63,975 nucleotides of DNA, filler included, from an uncultured Methanosarcinales archaeon (GCA_964434475.1; 21 parts of 21 records of this genome joined end to end with filler, not necessarily neighbours in it), one strand, 5' to 3'; positions 40,891 to 51,436 are shown, counted from the first letter of the whole stretch. Notes: generated from the letters alone by a model not told the origin. Program-made: numbers and translations.

Positions 40891-41836
40891 GGGTTCATCC
40901 GGAATAAGGTTCAAATAATATTCTAAATATGAGATTAATCATTCTTACCATATTAAAAAGTATAATTGACCATCCAAATTCTCTCTTTTTAGTATGAGGC
41001 AATTTGCTTCTTAATTGTGGTTTCATAGTTTTTAATGCGTGCATAACACTTTCAACAGTATTCCTTCTGGAATACTGTTCATTTCCTTTAACACATCTTT
41101 TTCTGTTTGTTCCTTTTGGAATTTTTCGCATATTTCTAACTGGTGCAAAAAGTATATTCCCTAAACTTTTTGCTAATTTATGTAATTTTTCAGAGTCGTA
41201 TCCTTTATCTGCTAAAACTAAAATATTCTTCCAAATCATTCTTTTAAATATTGTTGTGGCACCCAAAACATCATGTCTGGGTTTTACTCTTAAAACCCAA
41301 TCATGTATTAATAAAGTATCGGCATCAATTAAAATATCAGCCTTTGCGTAAGGCATATGCTCCTCTATAAAACCACACTGTTTTATTCTTCGTTCATAAT
41401 GTCTACTTCGTTGCCATGAATCAATTCCTGTGGCATCAATCGCCATTATTTTAGGTGTTTCTTTTTGTATTTGTTTATGTAGAAATTTTCTAATGACTGA
41501 AAGGTCAAACAATTTAATCCAATCATTTAAAGTGCTTTTCCCTGGAATTTCTTTTAATCCTAACCACTTAGGCCATTTTGTTTCTTTCAATTCTACTAAA
41601 AAATTAATTAATGATTTTTTACTACGAATATATAGGAGAATTAGTGAAACTCGCTGATAATTCTTAAAAAACTTAGGACCTTTGTGATTATAGTTTAATG
41701 GAAGCTCCATTAAATGACAAAGTTTAATAATATCCTTATGTAACTTATTTTCTTGTATACTGAGTATATTTTGCATGGCTGAACACCTCGCAATTTAGTA
41801 TTCAGTATACATATTTATTCTTTTCCGGATGAACCC
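40891..41836 (-). mobile_element. IS5-family insertion sequence
   Basis: TIR GGGTTCATCCGGA / TCCGGATGAACCC. Confidence 0.9.
40895..41776 (-). CDS. IS5-family DDE transposase
   Basis: AIDATG, LADKGYDS, YSRRNTVES motifs. Confidence 0.92.
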   Translation of the reverse strand: MQNILSIQENKLHKDIIKLCHLMELPLNYNHKGPKFFKNYQRVSLILLYIRSKKSLINFLVELKETKWPKWLGLKEIPGKSTLNDWIKLFDLSVIRKFLHKQIQKETPKIMAIDATGIDSWQRSRHYERRIKQCGFIEEHMPYAKADILIDADTLLIHDWVLRVKPRHDVLGATTIFKRMIWKNILVLADKGYDSEKLHKLAKSLGNILFAPVRNMRKIPKGTNRKRCVKGNEQYSRRNTVESVMHALKTMKPQLRSKLPHTKKREFGWSIILFNMVRMINLIFRILFEPYSG

Positions 41837-41909
41837 TTATAACCACAAACTTTAAATAGTAAACAATCTATTTTTAACTAATATATAATTAAAAACGAGG
41901 GGATAAATA

Positions 41910-43412
41910 ATGAGGGAAAGATTTACTGTACTATCTTTGATGTTATTCATTTTGTTCTGCTCTGCTGCATTTGCTGAGCCTACTATACTAGAAGATAAAA
42001 GGACTTATGAGAGTGAAAAAGGCGATTTCAAGGTAAAGATTGAAGTTCTTGAGAACGAGATAACCAACTACGGCACAGCCAAGTTTGATGTTGATGTTAT
42101 GAATTCTAAAAACAAGATAGATTTTTTTGGGATTATGTTTACTGAGACTGATGAATGGAAATGGATTAGGACCGAGCCTTTAGGATATGGTACTACAGAG
42201 AATAAGTTATATCCTGCTAAATCCTCTTCTTTTGAGGTGCATATGGAGCCGAAAGATGACATAAAATCGGGTTCATACATAGTAAAATCCGTATTCAAAT
42301 TGAGAATTTCTGAAGACACTGTTGAGGTTCCTTTTGATGTTTATATAAAAACTTCAAGAACTGCAAAATATACTCCTGATATAAGGACTACTATAATACT
42401 TGACAAAGAGGTTGATCCTAGAAAGGAAAATACTGTAAAACTTGTTCTTGAAAACATGAATGCAAGATATTATGGTGCTGATAATATTAAAATAGTGCTT
42501 GAAAGCGATCTTTTTTGGAGAAAGGAAATTTCTACAGGTTTAAGTCCTAAACTTTCAGATAAGACTCCTAACGTTACATTAGAATTTCCTCTTGAACTGG
42601 ATGCTAAGCAAGAGCCTGTTGAAGATACTATAACTGGATATTTTGTGATAGATAATAAGACATATCCTCTGGCTGCTTATGGTTTTGAGGTGCTTGATTA
42701 TACTGGTTCTTTTAAGGAGGTTGCTGAATTGGACAAATCTTTGTTCAAAAAATCTGTTTCAGCTACATATACCAATACAGGTAACAATGTAAAGAAACAG
42801 CTGATACAGGTGCCTACTGGTTTTTTTAGCAGATTTTTTACAAAGACGACGCCTCCTGCAAAGGTAACTAAAGAGATTGATGGAGGAAGGTATTTTGAAT
42901 GGGAGATTGAGTTAGAGCCTGGCGAATCTGTGACTATAGAGACAGTAACAAGCTATAGGTGGTTCTTTTATCTGCTGCTTATCGCAGGTTTCTTTTTGAT
43001 ATTGAACTATGTTATGCAAAGTCCAGTAGAGATAAAGAAAGAAGCGCACAACCTTGAGACTGCAGAAGGCGGAATATCTGAGATGAAAGTCAAGCTTCAT
43101 GTATTCAATAAAAGTACAAAGCATATCGGGAAATTAGAGATCATAGATAAGGTTCCCAACATAGTAGAAGTTATGGACGAGTTTGATGTAGGTACATTAA
43201 AGCCTAACAAAATAGTAAAACAGCAAGGTTCTACTATGATAAAATGGGATGTTGAAGAGCTTGATCCTAATGAAGAAAGGATATTGACTTATAAGATTAA
43301 GTCCAAACTCAGCATACTGGGCGATTTTACTCTGCCTGTTGCAAACATAAAATATTATAGGGGCAAGAAAAAGGTTCTTGTATACTCTAACAATGTGAGT
43401 GTACAAGCCTGA
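41910..43412 (+). CDS. Exported/membrane protein with Ig-like domains
   Basis: Signal peptide, WEIELEPGES, internal TM, IIDKVP..LTYKIKS. Confidence 0.75.
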   Translation: MRERFTVLSLMLFILFCSAAFAEPTILEDKRTYESEKGDFKVKIEVLENEITNYGTAKFDVDVMNSKNKIDFFGIMFTETDEWKWIRTEPLGYGTTENKLYPAKSSSFEVHMEPKDDIKSGSYIVKSVFKLRISEDTVEVPFDVYIKTSRTAKYTPDIRTTIILDKEVDPRKENTVKLVLENMNARYYGADNIKIVLESDLFWRKEISTGLSPKLSDKTPNVTLEFPLELDAKQEPVEDTITGYFVIDNKTYPLAAYGFEVLDYTGSFKEVAELDKSLFKKSVSATYTNTGNNVKKQLIQVPTGFFSRFFTKTTPPAKVTKEIDGGRYFEWEIELEPGESVTIETVTSYRWFFYLLLIAGFFLILNYVMQSPVEIKKEAHNLETAEGGISEMKVKLHVFNKSTKHIGKLEIIDKVPNIVEVMDEFDVGTLKPNKIVKQQGSTMIKWDVEELDPNEERILTYKIKSKLSILGDFTLPVANIKYYRGKKKVLVYSNNVSVQA

Positions 43413-43452
43413 TTTGTTGTTTATTCTTTTTTTCTTTTTTATCCTTTTCTTT

Positions 43453-43504
43453 TGTGAAATTCGATAATTCTGCAAAATTTATTTGATCAAGTTGGTTTAT
43501 AAAT
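43453..43504. repeat. Contig-end repeat A copy (reverse)
   Basis: Reverse complement of 1-53. Confidence 0.85.
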
Positions 43505-43827
43505 NNNNNNNNNNNNNNNNNNNNNNNNNNNNNNNNNNNNNNNNNNNNTTAATTAATTAANNNNNNNNNNNNNNNNNNNNNNNNNNNNNNNNNNNNNNNN
43601 NNNNTTGAGAATTAAGTGCATCATCCATAATGAGAAGTTTAGTAGGTTTTAGTATGTAAGAGGTTATTGGTTTTTTAGTTTGGGTTTCATACCTTTGGAT
43701 TTGTATATGATATAAATATATGGACTAAATTAAAAATACCTTTATTTTGCTGGTGTTGGTATTTTTCATCTAATTTTTATGCAATAATTTTTATATCTGT
43801 TATTAAACTCTGGATAATGGTGATTAA

Positions 43828-44583
43828 ATGATAAAAATAGGAATCATAGGCGGCAGTGGATTGGATAATCCAGATATTCTTGATGATGTAGATGAAAAGG
43901 AAGCAATCACTCCTTATGGCAGGTCAAGTTCTTTTTTGAAAACTGGTAAGATAAATGGCGTAGATGTTGTACTTATAGCCAGGCATGGCAGAGAACATAC
44001 TATTCCGCCAACTCAAGTGAATTTTAGGGCAAATATACATGCTTTAAAGGAAGAAGGCTGCACTCATATATTGGCGACAACTGCTGTTGGAAGTTTACGT
44101 GAAGAGATAGATAGAGGTCACCTTGTCATACTTGATCAATTTATTGATTTTACAAGGCATAGGCAGATTACTTTTCACGAAGAGTTTGAGCCAGGCAAGA
44201 TGAAGCATACTCCTATGGCAGAACCTTTTGATAAATATTTAAGAGAGCTTATGATCCAAACATGTAAAGAACAGAAGATATTTTGTCATGAAAAAGGTAC
44301 AGTTATTACAATAGAAGGACCTAGATTCAGCACAAAGGCTGAAAGCAAGATGTTTAGGTTGTGGGGTGCTGATGTTATCAATATGAGCATTGCGCCTGAG
44401 TGTGCGCTTGCAAATGAAGCTGGATTGCCTTATGCTGCAGTTGCAATGTCTACTGATTATGACTGCTGGCACAAGGACGAAGAGCCAGTAACATGGGAAG
44501 CGGTGCTTGAGATATTTAATAAGAATGTTGATAAGGTAACCAATTTAATCATCAATACAATATCAAATATAAAAGGTGATTAG
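43828..44583 (+). CDS. mtnP: S-methyl-5'-thioadenosine phosphorylase
   Basis: IGIIGGSG, ARHG..H..PP, AVGSL, EGPRFSTKAES, TDYDCW. Confidence 0.93.
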   Translation: MIKIGIIGGSGLDNPDILDDVDEKEAITPYGRSSSFLKTGKINGVDVVLIARHGREHTIPPTQVNFRANIHALKEEGCTHILATTAVGSLREEIDRGHLVILDQFIDFTRHRQITFHEEFEPGKMKHTPMAEPFDKYLRELMIQTCKEQKIFCHEKGTVITIEGPRFSTKAESKMFRLWGADVINMSIAPECALANEAGLPYAAVAMSTDYDCWHKDEEPVTWEAVLEIFNKNVDKVTNLIINTISNIKGD

Positions 44584-44586
44584 AAA

Positions 44587-45114
44587 ATGCCGATTAAATC
44601 AAGAATAAGAACTATTGAAGACTGGCCGAAAAAAGGTATTATGTTTAGGGACATTACAACATTGCTTAAGGATCCTGTTGGCTTACGTTTGACTGTGGAT
44701 GATTTTGTCAACCGCTATAAGGAAATGGATATTGATGTTATTGTGGGTATAGATTCAAGAGGATTTATTTTAGGAGGAGCTATGGCTTATCTTTTGGAAA
44801 AAGGCTTTGTTCCTATACGTAAAAAAGGCAAACTGCCTGCTGAAACAGAATCAGAATCATATGAACTTGAATACGGAACAGATACAGTTGAGATACACAA
44901 AGATGCAATTAAACCTGGACAAAGAGTTGTCATAGTTGATGATCTTGTAGCTACTGGAGGTACTGCAATTGCTGCTGCAAAACTTGTGAAAAAATTAGGC
45001 GGTGAAATAGTTGAGCTTGCTTTTATTGTTGCTTTGCCTGATATTGGAGGTAGTAAGAAATTATCAGAAGCAGGATTTAAGTATTATGCACAGTGCGAGT
45101 TTGAGGGGGAATAG
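44587..45114 (+). CDS. apt: Adenine phosphoribosyltransferase
   Basis: GIMFRDITTLL, DSRGF, RKKGKLP, YELEYG, VDDLVATGGT. Confidence 0.96.
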   Translation: MPIKSRIRTIEDWPKKGIMFRDITTLLKDPVGLRLTVDDFVNRYKEMDIDVIVGIDSRGFILGGAMAYLLEKGFVPIRKKGKLPAETESESYELEYGTDTVEIHKDAIKPGQRVVIVDDLVATGGTAIAAAKLVKKLGGEIVELAFIVALPDIGGSKKLSEAGFKYYAQCEFEGE

Positions 45115-45130
45115 AATTTGATTTTATTTT

Positions 45131-46225
45131 TTATATGACTTTTATTGTCTTTTTTTCTTCATCAACTTCAAATATCTTTCCAAGAAACTGTTCGCATATC
45201 CATATGTTTGTTCTTGTATGGTTTGTGATTTCCTGAACTTTTATCTCTCCTCCGAATAATGCTAGTAAAGGAATCAAATTGTCAGCAAGATGCTTGTCTA
45301 CAGGAGCTTTGCTGTTTATGGCTTTGATGAGTTCTTTTGCACATTCTTCTCCTACTTTTTTACTTGGTTTGCCTTTTTTTCCTATGGTGTCTGATCCTAG
45401 TCGTATAGGGTTCTTGAAGTCAATCTCGTTTTTGTCTAAGCTGTGTATTGAATAGAGTGTTATGCCTGTTCCTGTTGAGGCTGTATCTTGATATTCTTGT
45501 CTTATTCTTACAGGACACCTTGTATTCAATAGAGCCAGCCTTGCAGATCGTGCCTGTCTTTCAGCAACCTTTTTTGATTCAAGAGATTTTGATGCGTGAG
45601 ATATGCCTTTGATTTGGTGAAGCTTGCCTTGTTTAAGCAAATTTATCTTTATTGAATCTTGTTTTATGAATCTAATAAATTCTTCAGTATCAGAAAAATC
45701 TTTTAATTTATATTTAGGCTCGATTACAATCTCTACAATGCCTTGGCCTTTAGGATAGTATCCTCTTTTGAGCAGTATGACTTCGATCTTTTTAACATAT
45801 TTTTTTATGTGTGGAGTAAAAACTTCCTGAAAATACTCTATGGGCATCTGATACAGGCCGCAAGTTCCGCCTATTATCTTTATTTTTGTTCCTCTTCTGT
45901 TGAACATTACTGGCAGCAATAATGACTGCATCAGCAAAGTTATGCTTCCTGCAGTTCCTATGTCAATCTCTATGTTTCTTGTTTTTATTTCTCTAGGAAT
46001 GTATTCAAGTTCACAAGAACCTATCTTTTCACCTTTAACTTTAGCATTGCACAATTGTTTTAGTGCGTTGATACAGCTCATATGCTGTGTTTTTAATCCT
46101 GGTTTTTGCCTGCCTTTTCTTATGTTTTTTGCTTTAAACGGAATTCCTGTGACTGTAGACAAAGCTAATGCTGTTCTGATAATCTGTCCTCCTCCTTCCA
46201 GATAGCTGCCGTCTATTTCTTTCAT
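45131..46225 (-). CDS. rtcA: RNA 3'-terminal phosphate cyclase
   Basis: IDGSYLEGGGQIIRTA, TAGSITL, RGYYPKG, VDKHLADNL, TNHTRTN. Confidence 0.95.
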   Translation of the reverse strand: MKEIDGSYLEGGGQIIRTALALSTVTGIPFKAKNIRKGRQKPGLKTQHMSCINALKQLCNAKVKGEKIGSCELEYIPREIKTRNIEIDIGTAGSITLLMQSLLLPVMFNRRGTKIKIIGGTCGLYQMPIEYFQEVFTPHIKKYVKKIEVILLKRGYYPKGQGIVEIVIEPKYKLKDFSDTEEFIRFIKQDSIKINLLKQGKLHQIKGISHASKSLESKKVAERQARSARLALLNTRCPVRIRQEYQDTASTGTGITLYSIHSLDKNEIDFKNPIRLGSDTIGKKGKPSKKVGEECAKELIKAINSKAPVDKHLADNLIPLLALFGGEIKVQEITNHTRTNIWICEQFLGKIFEVDEEKKTIKVI

Positions 46226-46362
46226 CTTATTTATGGATGCTATAATCCTTTATTAGTTTTTCNNNNNNNNNNNNNNNNNNNNNNNNNNNNNNNNNNNNNN
46301 NNNNNNTTAATTAATTAANNNNNNNNNNNNNNNNNNNNNNNNNNNNNNNNNNNNNNNNNNNN

Positions 46363-46923
46363 CTGGAAAACTTTTTCCATAGCCTTTATCTCAGTTCCAA
46401 CATCAGAAAGGTTCTGGTCATATTCATTTATCTTTCCTAAAATGCCTTGGTTCAAAGAATCTATCCTTTCTTTGATATCTTTTATCTCCTGCTTTATAGA
46501 AGCTATCTCTTTTTCGCTGCTGTTCTTCCAATCTATGACCTTATTCAGATCTTTGACAAAATTGTTCCATTTCTCTTCGATTATGGCTTCAGCTACCTGC
46601 TCTATCCTTTCAGTATCTCCACCACCACCCATTTCCTGCTGTGGCATCTGCTGATAGCCTTGCTGCTGCTGTGGAAAGTTCATGCCTTGGTCTGCTTGAT
46701 TCAAAGCATCAAAGATATCCTGGGGATTAAAGCCCTGTCCCTGCAAAGCCTGTATTATCTGATCATTATTGTAGCCCTGCTGCCTCATGCTGTTTATCTG
46801 GCTTCCCAAATCAGGTTGTTGATAGCCTTGCTGCTGTGGAGGCGGCCCCATATTTGGCGGTGGCATAGAAAAATCTTGATTCTGCTGATTATCCTCTTTC
46901 TTTTTAGAACCAAATAAAGCCAA
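46363..46923 (-). CDS. Gln/Pro-rich coiled-coil hypothetical protein (3' cut by contig edge)
   Basis: IEQVAEAIIEEKW...VGTEIKAMEKVF coiled coil. Confidence 0.75.
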
Positions 46924-46980
46924 AATCTACCACCTCTTTTTTTAAAATCACAAACTTAATATATAAATCTTTTGGAATTA

Positions 46981-47926
46981 GACAGTGTTTAATCATCAGC
47001 AATATAGATTAAGCTTTGCTTTTAGCAAAGCCTTAATCAGGCTGTACCAATTCCAATTTCCAAACCCTGCTCTTTCTGCAGGTGTTTTCCAATTGAGAGA
47101 TTTGTGAGGCCTTATGAAATTATAGTAGTTCCTAAAAAACTTCAAGAATTTGTAAGCTGTCTCCAACTTACAAAATCTTCTCATTACCTTATAGTTCTCT
47201 TTTACAGTATTGTGGAATCTTTCAATAGGATTGTTCTTAAACTTCATTTTCCATGCTGGAAAATGTATATGTTTAACTTTTCCCCTGCCAAATGTCTTTC
47301 TTATTGCAGGAGGATAATCAAAACTATTGTCTGTATGAATTTTTTCTGGATACACCACAATTGATTTCTTAACCTTCTCAATAAACTTCCTTCCCTCAAA
47401 TTCATCTCTTTCATAACTTATGTGATCAGCAACTAAAAATTTAGTTTCATAGTCGATACAATCCCAATAGTAGATAAAATCCCTATCTCTTTGGCCTTTT
47501 TCTCTAAAGAAGATTTCATCTGCATGTGAATCAATTGAGTGTGATAATTGAAAAGATTTGGTGAAATTATCAATCATTTCACCAAATTTATTTTGCCAAT
47601 GCAAAATAGCAGATCTGCTTATTTTGACATTGTATTTCTGTAATATATGCTTAGCTATTTTTCCATAACTCAAGCCTTGTGCTCTTAAATCTAGGGCAGT
47701 AGCTATTATCTCTGGTTTTGTCTGTACATTTTCAAATCCTTTTCTATCTACATAGAGTTTTTTGCATCGGTTGCAAAGATATCTTTGTACAAAACCAGAT
47801 TTATTTTTTCTAAGTCCTGCTTTAACAGAATCAGTTTTTTTGCAATAAGGACATTTATGCATTTAATCACCTCAGATAGCTTTGAGATGTACTCATATAT
47901 TAATCTGCCGATTTAATAACACTGTC
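46981..47926 (-). mobile_element. IS6-like insertion sequence
   Basis: Inverted ends GACAGTGTT / AACACTGTC around transposase; no target duplication seen. Confidence 0.8.
46996..47862 (-). CDS. DDE transposase with N-terminal Zn ribbon (IS6/IS240-like)
   Basis: CPYC...QRYLCNRC, HADE, IHTD, NNPIERFH, YNFIRPHKSL..KTPAE. Confidence 0.88.
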   Translation of the reverse strand: MHKCPYCKKTDSVKAGLRKNKSGFVQRYLCNRCKKLYVDRKGFENVQTKPEIIATALDLRAQGLSYGKIAKHILQKYNVKISRSAILHWQNKFGEMIDNFTKSFQLSHSIDSHADEIFFREKGQRDRDFIYYWDCIDYETKFLVADHISYERDEFEGRKFIEKVKKSIVVYPEKIHTDNSFDYPPAIRKTFGRGKVKHIHFPAWKMKFKNNPIERFHNTVKENYKVMRRFCKLETAYKFLKFFRNYYNFIRPHKSLNWKTPAERAGFGNWNWYSLIKALLKAKLNLYC

Positions 47927-47962
47927 ATATGACCTACTCCCCAACATGAATGTTGGGGTATC

Positions 47963-48379
47963 TTAGGCAACTGCGTGGTGCTGTGCCTGATTCTTGATAT
48001 AATTCTCGACAGTAGAATATTCATTATATCCAACAGTTGTTGCGCAACCGCCTGCACTCCAAAGATGTCCTTGTGGAAGTCTTAGTCTGCTTTTTTCATG
48101 ATTCTTGAAAAAATAATAAGCTGAGCCACCCTTAATCAACTGCATGCCTTTTGATTCAGTTATATTGTGGTGCAAAGTGACCATCATATGAACATGATCT
48201 GGCATAATTGAAATGGTATGTATTTTGATATTGTGTCTATGGCATATTTTACGAATTGACGCTTCAACAAGGTGTTTTTGCTTAAATTTACCGAACATTT
48301 TATATCTATATTTAGTTCCAAACTCAATGTGCCAGAAATTTACGCCAATTTTGTGGCTGTAATGTTTTAGGTTTGTCAT
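47963..48379 (-). CDS. tnpA: IS200/IS605-family Y1 transposase TnpA
   Basis: WHIEFGTKYRY, HUH motif PDHVH, KGGSA, LWS, YIKNQ; flanking hairpins at 47939-47958 and 48495-48508. Confidence 0.92.
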   Translation of the reverse strand: MTNLKHYSHKIGVNFWHIEFGTKYRYKMFGKFKQKHLVEASIRKICHRHNIKIHTISIMPDHVHMMVTLHHNITESKGMQLIKGGSAYYFFKNHEKSRLRLPQGHLWSAGGCATTVGYNEYSTVENYIKNQAQHHAVA

Positions 48380-48563
48380 TTTCGTCCTCCGCAGACGAAA
48401 GCTCAAGCTACTATAATATGCAAGAATTATAGCGCAGTTTCGTCCGCAGTACATACTGCGGCGAAGCCGCGATAAAAATATTTCTAGAAATAAACGACCT
48501 AAAGGTCGGGGAATTAAACCCAAGTGCTCGCTACGCTCGCATTAAAAATTATTTTAAGCAAAA

Positions 48564-48897
48564 ATGAAATGCAAGATATGTGGAAAGGAAACGAGCAAAA
48601 AGGAATATGAATATTGCAAAAAATGTTATATGAGTCCTGAGGTAATAAAAGATAGCAGCATAAAAGTACGATTAGCAGAAGTCATAGTCGAAGAGATGTT
48701 TCTTTCTATGGACTATAGGGTTTTTCGTTTTGGGATGTAAAATACGATACCCAGTTTTGGTGATAAAGAATTACTTCTTAAAGGAAATATCGCCTCTCAA
48801 GTAAGGAAGATGCCTGATTTTATCGTAGTTAAGGGTTCTAATATAGCTTACATCGAAGTCAAATACAGAACATCTGGAGAATTTGATTTCAACAAAC
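48564..48897 (+). pseudogene. Zn-finger plus PD-(D/E)xK nuclease-like gene with internal TAA (48738-48740); 3' cut
   Basis: Hand translation MKCKICGK..YCKKC..RLAE..FRFGM*NTIP..MPDFIVV..YIEVKYR. Confidence 0.7.
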
Positions 48898-48999
48898 NNN
48901 NNNNNNNNNNNNNNNNNNNNNNNNNNNNNNNNNNNNNNNNNTTAATTAATTAANNNNNNNNNNNNNNNNNNNNNNNNNNNNNNNNNNNNNNNNNNNNCA

Positions 49000-49620
49000 A
49001 TAGACAAAGAACTGACAACTTCTGAGATTGAAAAGTACATGGCAATGAAAACTTGCGAAGATATTTTGAAAGGCACTGATGTCAAATATGCAACATATCA
49101 AGGCAGAGGAAGGACTGATTTGCACAAACTTCTTAACACAGATAAACCAGCGATGGTATTGTTTTATACGAATAAGCCAGGAGAATTGGGCGATGAGTCT
49201 TCTGCAAAAAGAGACGCAATAATTTTTAGAAAATTAATTGAAAAATATGGTGACAAGATTAATTTTGTGTGTTATAATAGAGAAGACAACATAAACGCAA
49301 AAAAAACAAGATATGATGGAATGGCTACAGATGATAAACTTTATGGTAATACGTTTGGATACCCTTCAATCGTCATGTTTTCATATTTTGATTTGCTTAA
49401 AAGCGAGACTCCAAAAAATAATGACGGCAAACTAAAGCAGATAGATATATTGAGAGGGGGTCCGAAACTTGACAAAGACATAAAAGTAGTTTTTAATAAT
49501 TTAAAAGGTTACTGGATTCCAGGTAATATTTTTGCTCAAAAAAATGATGATGGAGACTATTTAGTAAGCAGACTTAACAATTCATTTGAAAATTGGGAAG
49601 ATATGAAATTTAACCCATAA
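49000..49620 (+). CDS. Thioredoxin-like-fold protein lacking CxxC, paralogue of 27044-27781 (5' cut)
   Basis: Near-identical blocks to 27044-27781. Confidence 0.7.
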   Translation: MDKELTTSEIEKYMAMKTCEDILKGTDVKYATYQGRGRTDLHKLLNTDKPAMVLFYTNKPGELGDESSAKRDAIIFRKLIEKYGDKINFVCYNREDNINAKKTRYDGMATDDKLYGNTFGYPSIVMFSYFDLLKSETPKNNDGKLKQIDILRGGPKLDKDIKVVFNNLKGYWIPGNIFAQKNDDGDYLVSRLNNSFENWEDMKFNP

Positions 49621-49634
49621 AAGAGGCGAGTGTT

Positions 49635-50507
49635 TTGCAAAAAAGAGAATATAACAAATTAGTATTATTTCTAGTAATTATAATTTTAATTCCAATAACA
49701 TTTGCTGCTAGAGAAACAACAGAAGGCGGCGGTGACGGAGCAGGAGGAGAATTCAACCAAGAAGAATTCACCAACGCGCTATCTGATCCTGAAGCTACTG
49801 CAACAATCCCAGAAGGCGCAACATACACAAGCCCATCAGGAGAAACTTATGAAGGTCCTGGTAAGATGAAAGGCGGCAAATATTCTGGCAAAGTTACTCC
49901 AAAAGGTTATGACAATGCAATTGATGCAAAAGGCGCAACCTTCAAAAACGGACAAATCGCATCAGCAAAAGAAATAACAATTGACGGAAAAGTACAGAAA
50001 AACGTAAAGAATGTAAAAGATGAAAACGGGATAATAACATTTGACGAAGCAGAAGAAACACTAAATGACTATCCTGAATCAGCTGAACAATCCTCTACGC
50101 CTGAACAAGACAGCATAGTCCAAACACAAGCCAAAGGCGTAACCAATTACAAAAAGACAGCTGATGAAGAAACCTTTGGAGAAGTTGAGAGATTCACAGC
50201 AACAACAAAACAAGGCGAGACAATAAACATAATCAACGGCGTAAACGTAAAATCATCAAGCCAAGGCATAAGCGCAAGCTCAGCTGATTCAACAGAATAT
50301 GAACAAGCGAATATTGTCGGAAGCGAGAATTTCAACACTCAACTAAAGAACCAATTCTATGTAGCTAAAGCAGATCAAGTCATAATAGGCAACAAGATAT
50401 TCAACAATATAGAAGACTCAACATTTAATATAGAAAACGGAAAGATAGACAAAGCAGAAGTTACCAGCTCTAAAGACAACAACCTCTTCAAGCTGCCAAG
50501 CGATTAA
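49635..50507 (+). CDS. Exported surface protein paralogue
   Basis: Signal peptide; PEATATIPEGATYTSPSGETYEGPG block; ADQVIIGNKIFN. Confidence 0.8.
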   Translation: MQKREYNKLVLFLVIIILIPITFAARETTEGGGDGAGGEFNQEEFTNALSDPEATATIPEGATYTSPSGETYEGPGKMKGGKYSGKVTPKGYDNAIDAKGATFKNGQIASAKEITIDGKVQKNVKNVKDENGIITFDEAEETLNDYPESAEQSSTPEQDSIVQTQAKGVTNYKKTADEETFGEVERFTATTKQGETINIINGVNVKSSSQGISASSADSTEYEQANIVGSENFNTQLKNQFYVAKADQVIIGNKIFNNIEDSTFNIENGKIDKAEVTSSKDNNLFKLPSD

Positions 50508-50583
50508 ACATTTCTAGCGCCACTGGACACACTGGACAGGGGTGCGCGTAAGGTATATAAAGAAGCAACATATTTAATTTCTT

Positions 50584-51423
50584 ATGACTGAACAAAATAA
50601 TGCTCTTGTTATATTTCAAGGTAGAAAAATAAGAAGAACATGGTTTAATGAAGAATGGTGGTTTTCTGTATTTGATATAGTTGAAGTTCTTACTGATAGC
50701 TCTGATTCAAAGCAATATATTAAAAAGATGAAATCACGAGATGAATCTTTAAATGATAAGTGGGGTACAATTTGTACCCCACTTGAATTAATCGCACCTG
50801 ATGGTAAAAAGAGAAAAACGAATTGTATTAGTGCAAAAGGCGCATTCAGATTAATACAATCAATCCCTTCTAAAAAAGCAGAGCCTTTTAAGCAATGGCT
50901 AGCTCAAGTGGGTTATGAAAGAGTACAAGAGATAGAAAATCCTGAATTAGCGCAAAAAAGGATGAAAGAGCTATATAGACAAAAAGGTTATTCTGATAAT
51001 TGGATAGAAAAAAGGGTTAGAGGAATTGCTATAAGAGATGAATTAACAGATGAATGGAAAAAAAGAGGGATGGAAGAAGATAAAGAATACGCTATTCTAA
51101 CTGCAGAAATATCTAAAGCAACTTTTGGCATGACTCCAGCAGAATATAAACAATTCAAAGGACTAAAAAATGAAAACTTAAGGGATCATATGGATGATCT
51201 AGAATTGATCTTCACAATGCTTGGCGAAGCATCCACTACACGAATAGCTAATGATAAAGATGCTCAAGGATTTATTGAAAATAAGGATGTTGCAAAAAAA
51301 GGCGGAGAAGTTGCTGGAACAGCAAGAAAAGAACTTGAGAAAAAAAGCGTTCGAAAAATAGCATCATCAGAAAACTATCTTTCTGAGCTAGAAAGCAAAA
51401 AAAAATTGAAACACAAAAGATAA
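50584..51423 (+). CDS. Bro-N domain DNA-binding protein
   Basis: Paralogue of 27872-28708 with the same motifs. Confidence 0.9.
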   Translation: MTEQNNALVIFQGRKIRRTWFNEEWWFSVFDIVEVLTDSSDSKQYIKKMKSRDESLNDKWGTICTPLELIAPDGKKRKTNCISAKGAFRLIQSIPSKKAEPFKQWLAQVGYERVQEIENPELAQKRMKELYRQKGYSDNWIEKRVRGIAIRDELTDEWKKRGMEEDKEYAILTAEISKATFGMTPAEYKQFKGLKNENLRDHMDDLELIFTMLGEASTTRIANDKDAQGFIENKDVAKKGGEVAGTARKELEKKSVRKIASSENYLSELESKKKLKHKR

Positions 51424-51436
51424 TCCTAATTTTCTC

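Noticed and set aside
48380..48523. N-terminal extension of the 186-aa TnpA ORF
   Set aside because: Translates the hairpin-rich element end; the RBS-preceded ATG at 48379 is the plausible start.
48738..48740. In-frame TAA here and at 29693 as evidence of stop-codon reassignment
   Set aside because: TAA terminates many intact genes normally; single nonsense mutations or errors are simpler.
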